In this document: in pieces, positions 13,780 through 22,492 of the stretch
Numbering within the stretch: the stretch's first letter is position 1
Layout of the letters: each line of letters opens with the position of its first letter
Assembly (NCBI RefSeq): GCF_000012925.1
Contig: NC_007517.1
Coordinates: 600,001 to 632,000 of the forward strand
Length of the DNA stretch: 32,000 nucleotides
Origin: Geobacter metallireducens GS-15
GTDB taxonomy: Bacteria; Desulfobacterota; Desulfuromonadia; Geobacterales; Geobacteraceae
Direction: 5' to 3'
Notes under the pieces: generated by a model
Database searches by the model: none
What the model was told of the DNA's origin: nothing
Seen by the model: the letters and a program-made list of their open reading frames with translations, nothing else
Position numbers and translations under genes: made by a program

Positions 13780-16700
13780 ATGAAGCCGATACTAGTGGCA
13801 ACGGCCGCCATGATTTCCGTGATGCTTCTGACGGTAACCGGTGCCGGTGCCGCCATGCAGTGTTATGACTGCCACGGGACAAGCGCAACCACGGATTACC
13901 GCCCCGTCGACGCCACCTACCGCAATATCTCCACCGGCGGCTTCAAGGGGAATCACCAGACCCACATGGGAAGCGGAGCCTCTTCCGCTGACTGTGCCGT
14001 CTGTCACGGCGGTGGGGCAACATCCTATCTGAACAGTCACCGCAGTGGCAATGTCGATATCGCCGCCAACATCAACAATTCTCCCGCTACCGGAACTTAC
14101 AGCCGCGGCACCTCCTTCGCCCAGAGCACCACGCCGACCCTCGGCACCTGCGCCACCGTCAACTGCCATTTTGAAGCCGCCACCCCCACCTGGGGAGCCG
14201 ACCCCTCCCTGACCACCTGCAGCACGTGCCACGGCGCGGCGCCGGCCGACGGGAGCCATCCCGCCACCTCGGGAAGCGGCAAGAAGCACGGCGACTACTA
14301 CGGCCTCACCACCAGCTCCTGCGTCAAGTGCCATCCCGACCACACCGCTGAAGCCAAGCCCTTCGCCCATGCCACGAGCGCCGGCAACCGCGCCCTTGTC
14401 GTCGCCTTCAATGCGGCACCCAACAGCGGCTTCGGCCGCTACACCGGCAATACCAATTACCCGAACTATCTTCCGAGCCAGGCTCCCCCCCGCAACGGCA
14501 CCTGCAAGAACCTCTACTGCCACAGTAACGGCAGTCGCGGTTTCGCCCCCTACACGAGCAACGTCACCGCAACGTGGGGCGGGTCACTCACCTGCAAGGG
14601 GTGCCACAAGGCGGATATCGCATCGGGAAGCGTCATAACGAACGGCAGCCACCAGGGCCACGTAAACGGCATGACCATCGGCTACACCCAGATCAAGTGC
14701 GTCAAGTGCCATGCCGCCACCACAAACAGCAGCATGACGATCGTCAACACCGCCAACCATGTGGACAAGCAGGTAACGGTTGCTTTTAACAATACTTCCT
14801 CTGCCGCCAATGGCTCCTATAATGGCCAGCTTGCCAAGCCGGCGACCCCGTCCACCAAGGCCCCCGGTTCGGCGGTGGGCCAGTGCGCCACGGTCTACTG
14901 CCATTCGAGCGGCCAGGGGGATGGCGGCACCTGGCCCCCCACCTACCAGACCCCCACCTGGGGAACCTACGCAACGGGCCAGTGCGGCACCTGCCATGGC
15001 ATCCAGACCAAGCACGACGCCTCGGGCTTCGGCTACGGAACGCCGACCCCCATGACCACTGGCAGCCACACGAGGCACCTCCTCTTCCAACTGGGCACCG
15101 GCAACGTCAGCGCCGAGCGCAAGTGCGCCGCCTGCCATTCTTACATCCTCACCGGTTATGCGCCGAATGCATGCAGTTCCACGGTCTGCCACAACGGCAT
15201 GGTCCAGAAGCACGCCAACTACGAAATCAATGTGGGCATCCCCGACTATTACGGCGCCACGGCCACCTACAATGCCGCAAGCCTGACCCCCGGCACCGGC
15301 TACAGTTCCTGCTCCAACGTCTATTGCCACAGCAACGGACTTACGACCTCTCCCACCTATTACACCCCCACCTGGGGGACCGTAGCTGATGGCGCCTGCG
15401 GCACCTGTCACGGCGTCACCGCCGCCGCGCCTCCGGCCTCTGTCCCCCACGTGAAGCACATGGGGATCGCCAACCAGTACCGCTTCGCCTGCGCCGAGTG
15501 CCACAGCGGCAAGGTTCAGGTGACCGCCAACTCAACGGCCGCCCCGACGTTCACCAACCTGACGAGCCACGTGAACAAGTCGCGGGATGTGAAATTCGAT
15601 CCGACCAACCCCTTCGGCACTTACTCCACGGCGAGCCTGAGCTGCCGCAACCTGTACTGCCATTCCACCGGCAACACCAGCGTTGCATCGGGCAATTTGC
15701 CCGGCGTCTACGGCGGCAAGGTCTATGCGCGTGTCACATGGTCCGGAAGCGTCACCTGCACCTCATGTCACGGCCGCTCCACCGCCAACGGCATGCCTGA
15801 CTATACCAACGCCGGCACGCCCGGTTCCGATACGGCCAACAGTCACCCGAAACACGTCACGAGCAGCACCATCCAGTGCGTCGAGTGCCATGAAAAGACC
15901 ACGAAGAACAACACCTCCATCCGGCCGACTACGCCCAGCTACCATGTCAACGCCACGAGCCACGATGTCTTCTTCAACCTGAGCGGTCTGAGTCCGAGCG
16001 GCACCTATGACAGTGCCCTGAAGAAATGCTCCAATACGTATTGCCACGGGGCCGGAGCTTCAGTTGCCTGGGGCGGGACCACCTACTGCAACTCCTGCCA
16101 CAGCGCCAATGACGGCACGTCCGGCGGTGGCGGCATCAACAACTGGGGCGCCGGCGTAAGTGCCCACACCCTGCATGTGGAAGAGACAGCCACGCTTCCG
16201 TCAAAATACGCCAACTACTCCACCGGCAACCTGGGGAGTGCCGCCGCCTACCGTTTTGCCTGCGCCTCGTGCCACAATCCGGCCACAACCATCCACCTGA
16301 GCGGCTACGCCAGCGGCAGCTACCGGGCCCAGGTCTTCTTCGGGTACACCGCGCCGGGCAAGAAGCCAGCGTACACCTACACCGGCACGGCAGGGACGGC
16401 CGACAACGGTTTTGGCTGGTCCAACGGCAACACCGTCTGCAACCAGACGTACTGCCACTCAAACGGCGTAGGCGGCACCGGCGCCGCCGTTTCATGGGCC
16501 ACCACCGCCAACACCGCCGGCGTGGGGAGATGCCAGAAATGCCACGGCAATGCCACCTATACCGCCGATTATCGTGGCGCCGCACCCTTGTACGCTTCAG
16601 GCTCCATCAGCTACAAAGGCTCGTCCAAGGGGAACGCCCACCAGCTCCATATCGATGCCGGGTCGGGCGCCGCTGCGGCGAGCGATCCCCAGTGCCTGCA

Positions 16701-19326
16701 CTGCCATGCCGGCACGACAACCACCAATACGAGCATAACCAACAAGGTCAACCACATAGACAAAGGGTATGACGTGACCGCCGGCAGCACCTTTGCCGAT
16801 GGCGACAACATCGGCGGCGCGGCAATCCCGGTGACGACCAGCTACACCTACAACACATCGGGGAGCAGCTGCTCCAACGTCTCCTGCCACCCGACCGGCC
16901 TCTCCGGCGCCAAGTCCACCGATGTCGTATCCTGGAACGACAAGCAGACCTGCGACGACTGCCACAAGGTCAACCTCAGCAACAACACCGGCTACCACCA
17001 TGCCATGCGCAACTACTCCGGTTCGAGCGCCTCCTATCCCAAGGCAATACCGGGCGACACTGCCGGCTCCAACGACGTGAACCGCCGCTGCACCATGTGC
17101 CACGTGGACCATGGCACCTTCAGCCCGAACCTCAACGCCTCGAACACCACCTACGGCAGTGCCGGCAACCTGCGGATGTCGATCTACTCCTCAGTCACCG
17201 CCACCAAGGGGTACAGCAACAGGGACTTCTTTAAGACCGGCTCCGGCGGCATCTGCGTCAGCTGCCACAACAGCGAGCTCTTCAAGGACACCGGCAACGT
17301 CCGGGTGAAGAACGAGGCCAATTCCACGAAAACAGCCGCCATTGTGCTCAACAACTACACCGGCTCGGCCCACGAGTATGCCATAAGTTCGGTGATGAAA
17401 CGCGACAGCAAGGTCTTCTACTCCGACTGCACCAAGTGCCATAACGGCCGCCGGAACGAGGTCGCCGTCTTCTCCGGCATGACCACCGCAGTGCACGACC
17501 GGGAGGTGAGAAGGATCTACGCCAGCCTCGGCACGAACCAGACAGACGGCATCGATGCGCTCTTCTGCTACCGCTGCCACAGCAACGCAACGGATGCCAT
17601 AGGCGGGACCAAAAAGCCGACAGCAAACAAGGACTATTACGCTACTGCCGCCATGACCGCAGCTTCCCAGGACATCTGGACGGTCTTCAGCGGAGTCGGT
17701 TCCACTACCTACACGACCACGGCATCATCCACCCTGTACCTGCGGGACACGGGGGCAATAAACGCCGTTCCACCGGCAACCGAGCCAACAGCCTACCAAT
17801 ACAGTTCCGGGACCTATACCACCAATACCTTCACCCAGGAGGATATGGCGCCCACATCCGGTACAATCAATGCGACGACGGTCATTTCCACAGGCTCTAC
17901 GGCAGCCCGCTATGATCGGGGCATCCAGTTCATATCGCCACAGATTGACAATACGGTAACGATTGCATCCGGTTCCACCTTTACCCTGACGATCAGGGAA
18001 TACCGTTCGTTCGGCACCACCACGGACTACACCCGGTTTACCGTTTACAAATGGGATGGGGCAACGGCGACGCCGTTGAACACGAACGCAGCGCCGAATA
18101 ACTTTGCCCAGGACACGGTTGCCATTCCTACCACGGCAACCAACAACGCACTTGCATTCACCACCAATTCAGCGGTGACGCTCAATCCGGGGGATGCCCT
18201 GATCTGTGAAGTTGAGTTCTACCATAGCTCGGGAACAACTGCCTTGAACGTGACCTATGCCTACGGTAACTATGGGACGGATGCCGCGGCTCTCGCGCTC
18301 CCCGCCGGCACCTACAACTGGCGAACCACTGCAACCACATCAAGATTTGGGCACGGTGTCGAAAATATCGCCTACGCCGGCAAGCACAAGCCATCGCCCA
18401 CGGACGAGACGTTCACCTACCTGAGCGCCAACAAGCATATTTCCTGCAACGACTGCCACGACCCCCACGAGGCGCGAGCCGGAAATCATACGGCCGGCGG
18501 TACGACGCTGCCCAAGGTGTTGAAGGGGGCGACCGGCGTAACCACACCCACCTGGCCGGCGCTATGGACGGCACCTGCGCAATCGGCCTATGGCACAGCC
18601 CCTGCCGCAGCGACGGCGGAATGGCAGATCTGCTTCAAGTGCCATTCCGGCGCCAACAGTAATGTGACGACCTGGGGCGGGGCGGGGTCGAAAGCATTCA
18701 CCGACCTCGGGCTGGAGTTCAACCCCAATAACGAGTCGTATCACCCGGTGATCCAGGCGCTGCCCGCAACCGGCAACAGACGTCTCGCTTCGACTGCACT
18801 GACGGGCGGCTGGACCCCCGGCAGCGTCATGACCTGTTCCGACTGCCACGCTGCCGATTCCGCTTCTTCCAAGGGGCCGCACGGTTCCACGGTGAAATGG
18901 ATGCTGAATCCGAACACGACCGGCACGAAGTACTACAACTGGCCCTATACTTCTGCTGCCAATAACGGAACAAACGGCACCACCGGTTTTGTGATGGGCA
19001 CCGGAACAACAACCGTGCCCACGGGTAACTTCTGTTTCAGTTGCCACGTGTGGGCGGGCGGCGGTGACGCTCATACTAATAAAGATACCAAGCATGCTTA
19101 TGCGTGCGTCCAGTGCCATATCCGGGTACCCCATGGCGGCAAGGTGCTGCGGCTGCTTACGGGACCGAATGCGCCCCTTCGTTACTGGCCGAACGGCCAG
19201 AGCACTGGTCTGAATATTGCCATCAATGGCGGTGTCAGGCCGACCTCCGGAACCATTACCGAGAACGGCTGCACCACCGCCGGGGTATGCGGCAACCAGC
19301 ATTCAGGGGCCGGTCAGAAATGGTGA
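13780..19326 (+). CDS. giant multihaem c-type cytochrome (~1848 aa)
   Basis: ORF 13714..19326. I prefer ATG 13780 because GGAGG sits 5 nt upstream and the start context is identical to the paralogue at 22606. Signal peptide is MKPILVATAAMISVMLLTVTGAGAA. By eye there are 26 CXXCH and 9 CX4CH motifs (CATVNCH, CKNLYCH, CATVYCH, CSSTVCH, CSNVYCH, CRNLYCH, CSNTYCH, CNQTYCH, CSNVSCH). A haem-free stretch lies at about nt 17640-18340. Confidence 0.9.
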   Translation: MKPILVATAAMISVMLLTVTGAGAAMQCYDCHGTSATTDYRPVDATYRNISTGGFKGNHQTHMGSGASSADCAVCHGGGATSYLNSHRSGNVDIAANINNSPATGTYSRGTSFAQSTTPTLGTCATVNCHFEAATPTWGADPSLTTCSTCHGAAPADGSHPATSGSGKKHGDYYGLTTSSCVKCHPDHTAEAKPFAHATSAGNRALVVAFNAAPNSGFGRYTGNTNYPNYLPSQAPPRNGTCKNLYCHSNGSRGFAPYTSNVTATWGGSLTCKGCHKADIASGSVITNGSHQGHVNGMTIGYTQIKCVKCHAATTNSSMTIVNTANHVDKQVTVAFNNTSSAANGSYNGQLAKPATPSTKAPGSAVGQCATVYCHSSGQGDGGTWPPTYQTPTWGTYATGQCGTCHGIQTKHDASGFGYGTPTPMTTGSHTRHLLFQLGTGNVSAERKCAACHSYILTGYAPNACSSTVCHNGMVQKHANYEINVGIPDYYGATATYNAASLTPGTGYSSCSNVYCHSNGLTTSPTYYTPTWGTVADGACGTCHGVTAAAPPASVPHVKHMGIANQYRFACAECHSGKVQVTANSTAAPTFTNLTSHVNKSRDVKFDPTNPFGTYSTASLSCRNLYCHSTGNTSVASGNLPGVYGGKVYARVTWSGSVTCTSCHGRSTANGMPDYTNAGTPGSDTANSHPKHVTSSTIQCVECHEKTTKNNTSIRPTTPSYHVNATSHDVFFNLSGLSPSGTYDSALKKCSNTYCHGAGASVAWGGTTYCNSCHSANDGTSGGGGINNWGAGVSAHTLHVEETATLPSKYANYSTGNLGSAAAYRFACASCHNPATTIHLSGYASGSYRAQVFFGYTAPGKKPAYTYTGTAGTADNGFGWSNGNTVCNQTYCHSNGVGGTGAAVSWATTANTAGVGRCQKCHGNATYTADYRGAAPLYASGSISYKGSSKGNAHQLHIDAGSGAAAASDPQCLHCHAGTTTTNTSITNKVNHIDKGYDVTAGSTFADGDNIGGAAIPVTTSYTYNTSGSSCSNVSCHPTGLSGAKSTDVVSWNDKQTCDDCHKVNLSNNTGYHHAMRNYSGSSASYPKAIPGDTAGSNDVNRRCTMCHVDHGTFSPNLNASNTTYGSAGNLRMSIYSSVTATKGYSNRDFFKTGSGGICVSCHNSELFKDTGNVRVKNEANSTKTAAIVLNNYTGSAHEYAISSVMKRDSKVFYSDCTKCHNGRRNEVAVFSGMTTAVHDREVRRIYASLGTNQTDGIDALFCYRCHSNATDAIGGTKKPTANKDYYATAAMTAASQDIWTVFSGVGSTTYTTTASSTLYLRDTGAINAVPPATEPTAYQYSSGTYTTNTFTQEDMAPTSGTINATTVISTGSTAARYDRGIQFISPQIDNTVTIASGSTFTLTIREYRSFGTTTDYTRFTVYKWDGATATPLNTNAAPNNFAQDTVAIPTTATNNALAFTTNSAVTLNPGDALICEVEFYHSSGTTALNVTYAYGNYGTDAAALALPAGTYNWRTTATTSRFGHGVENIAYAGKHKPSPTDETFTYLSANKHISCNDCHDPHEARAGNHTAGGTTLPKVLKGATGVTTPTWPALWTAPAQSAYGTAPAAATAEWQICFKCHSGANSNVTTWGGAGSKAFTDLGLEFNPNNESYHPVIQALPATGNRRLASTALTGGWTPGSVMTCSDCHAADSASSKGPHGSTVKWMLNPNTTGTKYYNWPYTSAANNGTNGTTGFVMGTGTTTVPTGNFCFSCHVWAGGGDAHTNKDTKHAYACVQCHIRVPHGGKVLRLLTGPNAPLRYWPNGQSTGLNIAINGGVRPTSGTITENGCTTAGVCGNQHSGAGQKW

Positions 19327-19356
19327 TAGTCTAGGTTTGCGACGTACCTCAAGGCG

Positions 19357-20679
19357 ATGAAACGGTTTCTGCTCTCACGTACTACCATCCTCGCTCTCTT
19401 TGCGCTGATCCTTGGCGCGATAGTGCTGTCCTATTTTGTTCCGCAACACATGGGAGTGCCTTCCCGCGCTCTCGATAAGTGGCGGGAGTCCCATGGGCCG
19501 CTGCTTGCGGCGGTCGATTTCCTGGGACTGCACCATATGTTCACGACCCCGTGGTTTGCCACCCTACTTGCGTTTTTTCTGGCTTCCCTTTCCCTGTCAA
19601 CGTATCAGCAGTACCGTTTGGCAAAAGAGCGGACTTTTCGGGTAGGGCTTCCTGGCGAAGGCTGGATCTCCCTGCCGGAAACAGCGATGGAATCGGCGGT
19701 GATTCTGCGGAAATTCGGATATGTGCGGATTGGCAACCAGGGAGAAGTGTCCCGGCATGTCAAACACCCCTGGGGGTATTGGGGCAACTTTCTGCTGCAC
19801 GTCGGCATTGTGCTCGTGGTGGCCTCGTCGCTGGTTATCCTGGTAACCCAGCATCGTGGGCTTCTCAATCTTGAGAGGGGCGAAACCGTTTATCCCGGTA
19901 CGCCATGGGCCGTTGAGGAAAATGGTCTGTTTGTCGGAAAGTTTGTGCTTCCGGCAGCCGTCCGGCTTGAGTCCCACGATCCGGTATTCTGGGATAACGG
20001 CGAGATCAAGTTGATTGAATCTACCGTTGCGTTCCTGTATCCGGACCGGCCCGTGGAACGCGCTACACTCGGAATCAATCAGCCTGCCTGGCTCGGCGGC
20101 GTCAAGATCTACCAGAGTCACAGGTTCGGCAGCGACTTCTATGCTGAGTTTGCCGATAGAGACGGCAAGAAAGTTGTGCTCATACTTCCCCTGCAAATCC
20201 CACCGCGGCTCGACGAGGCAGGCTATGGAGATTTTCAGTTCAACGTGATGCCCTTTCAGATCAAGGCAAAATATTATGCCGATGCTGCCCGGAAGGATAT
20301 GCTGAGCGGCAATCCGCTGCTCGTCCTCCGGTTGTACGATGGTGCCGCGCTCTTGGGAGAACTTCCGCTCCGGATTGGCGAAAGCGGCGTTCTCGGGAAC
20401 TACCATGTCCGGTTACTCAAAGCCGTGCCATGGAACGGGTTGATACTTGTCTCGATGAGCGGTATGCCAGGCATATTTTTCGGTTTTTTCATTATTGTAT
20501 GTGGCTGTTCCCTCAATTACTTCGTCGTGCCGCGGGAGGTGTGGGTGAGGGAGGGATCACAAACAGCGGTTTCCTGGCGGGCTGCACGCTTTGCCGAATT
20601 CTACCGTGACGAATATGACGAGCTTGTGGCGGCCTTGGGCGCTATGCACGAGCAAGCCGAAGCCGGGCCGGTTCAGTGA
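19357..20679 (+). CDS. resB: ResB/CcsB (Ccs1) cytochrome c biogenesis protein, System II
   Basis: 440 aa. It has the ResB-type N-terminal helix (TILALFALILGAIVLSYFVPQ), further TMs, a large periplasmic loop and a C-terminal TM. ccsA follows immediately. Confidence 0.85.
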   Translation: MKRFLLSRTTILALFALILGAIVLSYFVPQHMGVPSRALDKWRESHGPLLAAVDFLGLHHMFTTPWFATLLAFFLASLSLSTYQQYRLAKERTFRVGLPGEGWISLPETAMESAVILRKFGYVRIGNQGEVSRHVKHPWGYWGNFLLHVGIVLVVASSLVILVTQHRGLLNLERGETVYPGTPWAVEENGLFVGKFVLPAAVRLESHDPVFWDNGEIKLIESTVAFLYPDRPVERATLGINQPAWLGGVKIYQSHRFGSDFYAEFADRDGKKVVLILPLQIPPRLDEAGYGDFQFNVMPFQIKAKYYADAARKDMLSGNPLLVLRLYDGAALLGELPLRIGESGVLGNYHVRLLKAVPWNGLILVSMSGMPGIFFGFFIIVCGCSLNYFVVPREVWVREGSQTAVSWRAARFAEFYRDEYDELVAALGAMHEQAEAGPVQ

Positions 20680-20727
20680 ATTGGATTACGTCTTCACAAG
20701 AGGGCTTGAACGAAGGGAACGGTTGCC

Positions 20728-21564
20728 ATGTTCAATGGGAATGATCCGGTTATCATAGATGTTTCAGTCCACTGGATTGCGGTTATTGTGTACGTGCTGG
20801 CCACAATCAGCAATGTTTGGGGTGTGGTGTTCACGAAGAAAAAGGCTGTGCAATGGAGCTACTTCCTGGCATACCTGGGTCTCGCTATCCACGGGCTTGT
20901 CCTGCTTTACCGGTGGGTGATAACCGGCCATGGCCCGTATATGGCCCGGTACGAAATCCTTTCTTCAAATGCGTGGGTGCTCCTGGTGCTGTTTCTTGTG
21001 TTCGGCAAGGTTTATCCAAAGATCAAGCCGGCAAGCATCGTCGTTTTCCCGGCAACATTTCTTCTCATTGCCCTGGGCCTTTTCTTCAACCCCGAGATGA
21101 CCAGGATGCCCCCCAGCATGCGGAGCATCTGGCTTGTTCTGCATGTCTTATTTTACAAGATTTCAGTGGCAACCATTCTTGTCGCACTGGCATTTTCCCT
21201 GGTCCTGATCCTGAAAACCAGAACCTCGTACACATGGCTGGAACGGCTTCCATCCATCGAAGTCGTTGACGTCTACGCCTACCGTTTTGCCGGATTCAGC
21301 TTTGTGTTCTGGGCCATTGCCATGCTTGCCGGTTCCATATGGGCCTATCAGCTATGGGGGAGATTCTGGGGGTGGGATCCCGTGGAAACCTGGTCACTCA
21401 TCACGTGGGGGGCATTTGGCATGTATCTTCACCTGCGCAGGTTTTTCGGCTGGAAAGGGGAGCGGGCAGCCTACTTTTACCTGCTCTGCACGTTCGTATC
21501 GATTGTGGCGCTCTATTTTACGCCCTTGCTGGAGACATCCATCCATTCGGAGTATTTCAGGTGA
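20728..21564 (+). CDS. ccsA: CcsA/ResC cytochrome c-type biogenesis protein (haem handling, WWD domain)
   Basis: Polytopic membrane protein with the Trp-rich WWD signature WGRFWGWDPVETWSLITW and flanking conserved His residues. Confidence 0.9.
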   Translation: MFNGNDPVIIDVSVHWIAVIVYVLATISNVWGVVFTKKKAVQWSYFLAYLGLAIHGLVLLYRWVITGHGPYMARYEILSSNAWVLLVLFLVFGKVYPKIKPASIVVFPATFLLIALGLFFNPEMTRMPPSMRSIWLVLHVLFYKISVATILVALAFSLVLILKTRTSYTWLERLPSIEVVDVYAYRFAGFSFVFWAIAMLAGSIWAYQLWGRFWGWDPVETWSLITWGAFGMYLHLRRFFGWKGERAAYFYLLCTFVSIVALYFTPLLETSIHSEYFR

Positions 21565-22076
21565 TACGGAAAATTCTCGTATTCGCGCTATTGTGTCTCT
21601 TGTCTGCCGGTTGTGGCCGTGACAGTGCCGATGTGGCGCAGATCAAGAGGGGTATTGCCCGTTACAACCAGCTTCTTGTCGAAGGATACAAGGGGTTGAA
21701 CATGAACTACCTTCAGGAGGTCGCAACCCCTGAACTGGCTACCAAGGCCTATTATCACATGTCTGCCATTGGTGAGGGGAAACTTCGGATGGAATCAGCC
21801 CTGAAAGAGCTCACATTCAACAGGATTGAATTGCGCCGAAAGGATGAGGCCATTGTGGAAACCCGCGAAGTGTGGGACTTCAGATATGTGGAGATGAAAA
21901 CCGGCAAAACGTATTACGAGGAAAAGGATTTTGTCTACGAGATGGGGTATACCCTGAAGAAACACGCAGAAAAATGGACCATAACCCACATAACAACCAT
22001 TTCAGGGAAAACCGGTACAACGACCGTGCCCTGGCCGGAAATCAAGAGAAACAAAGACATGACTCCCCTGAAGTGA
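21561..22076 (+). CDS. small lipoprotein of unknown function (~171 aa)
   Basis: ORF 21339..22076 overlaps ccsA for 74 codons. The in-frame GTG 21561 (GTGA overlap with the ccsA stop) gives VIRKILVFALLCLLSAGC, a textbook lipoprotein signal. The remainder is a soluble alpha+beta-looking domain with no motif I recognise. Confidence 0.65.
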   Translation: MIRKILVFALLCLLSAGCGRDSADVAQIKRGIARYNQLLVEGYKGLNMNYLQEVATPELATKAYYHMSAIGEGKLRMESALKELTFNRIELRRKDEAIVETREVWDFRYVEMKTGKTYYEEKDFVYEMGYTLKKHAEKWTITHITTISGKTGTTTVPWPEIKRNKDMTPLK

Positions 22077-22205
22077 GTGAGCCGCTCCCTGAGCTGAACA
22101 CCTAGTTCGGTAGTTTCATGCCGTATCCCCTTCGTTCTCCCCAGCTTCCCCAGCAGTTTCAGCTGTTAATTCCCTTCATGCTCTGACGGTACCCTGGACA
22201 AGAGG

Positions 22206-22222
22206 GCCGGGGTCTCCCCGGC
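22206..22222 (+). terminator. GC-rich hairpin in the long spacer (possible terminator)
   Basis: GCCGGGG-TCT-CCCCGGC, a 7-bp stem about 130 nt after stop 22076. There is no clear U-tract. Confidence 0.3.
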
Positions 22223-22476
22223 GCATGTCCCTGTTTCATGGATTCAAACAGTAATCGGCAGTCGGGCTCGGTCAAATGACGTAGTTTTTGTTCCCTTGTC
22301 CGTTATTTTGACATGATTGAGCGGGTTCTGTGTCGAAAGGCCGACGCGCTGCCGGTTCCCTTACGGCAGGCTTGGGCGGACAAGTTTCCCGCGAATGTGC
22401 GATCCGGGGGAGGAAGAGCGTCGATATGATTCTACGGCGATTCGGTGTGGTTAATGTGTTCTGTTAAAGTTTATTA

Positions 22477-22492
22477 GGGAGCAGTTTTTGCA
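22477..22492 (+). promoter_or_regulatory. candidate sigma-54 -24/-12 promoter for the 1127-aa cytochrome
   Basis: GGGAGC-AGTTT-TTGCA. GG (22478-22479) and GC (22490-22491) are 10 nt apart. It lies about 115 nt upstream of ATG 22606. Confidence 0.4.

Noticed and set aside
22426-22467. A tiny ORF, MILRRFGVVNVFC, in the long spacer that also ends in Cys, as a second precursor-like peptide.
   Set aside because: The SD-like GGAGGAAGAG lies about 13 nt away, which is poor spacing. There is no leader-like motif and no similarity to the 1221 peptide. It is most likely a chance ORF.
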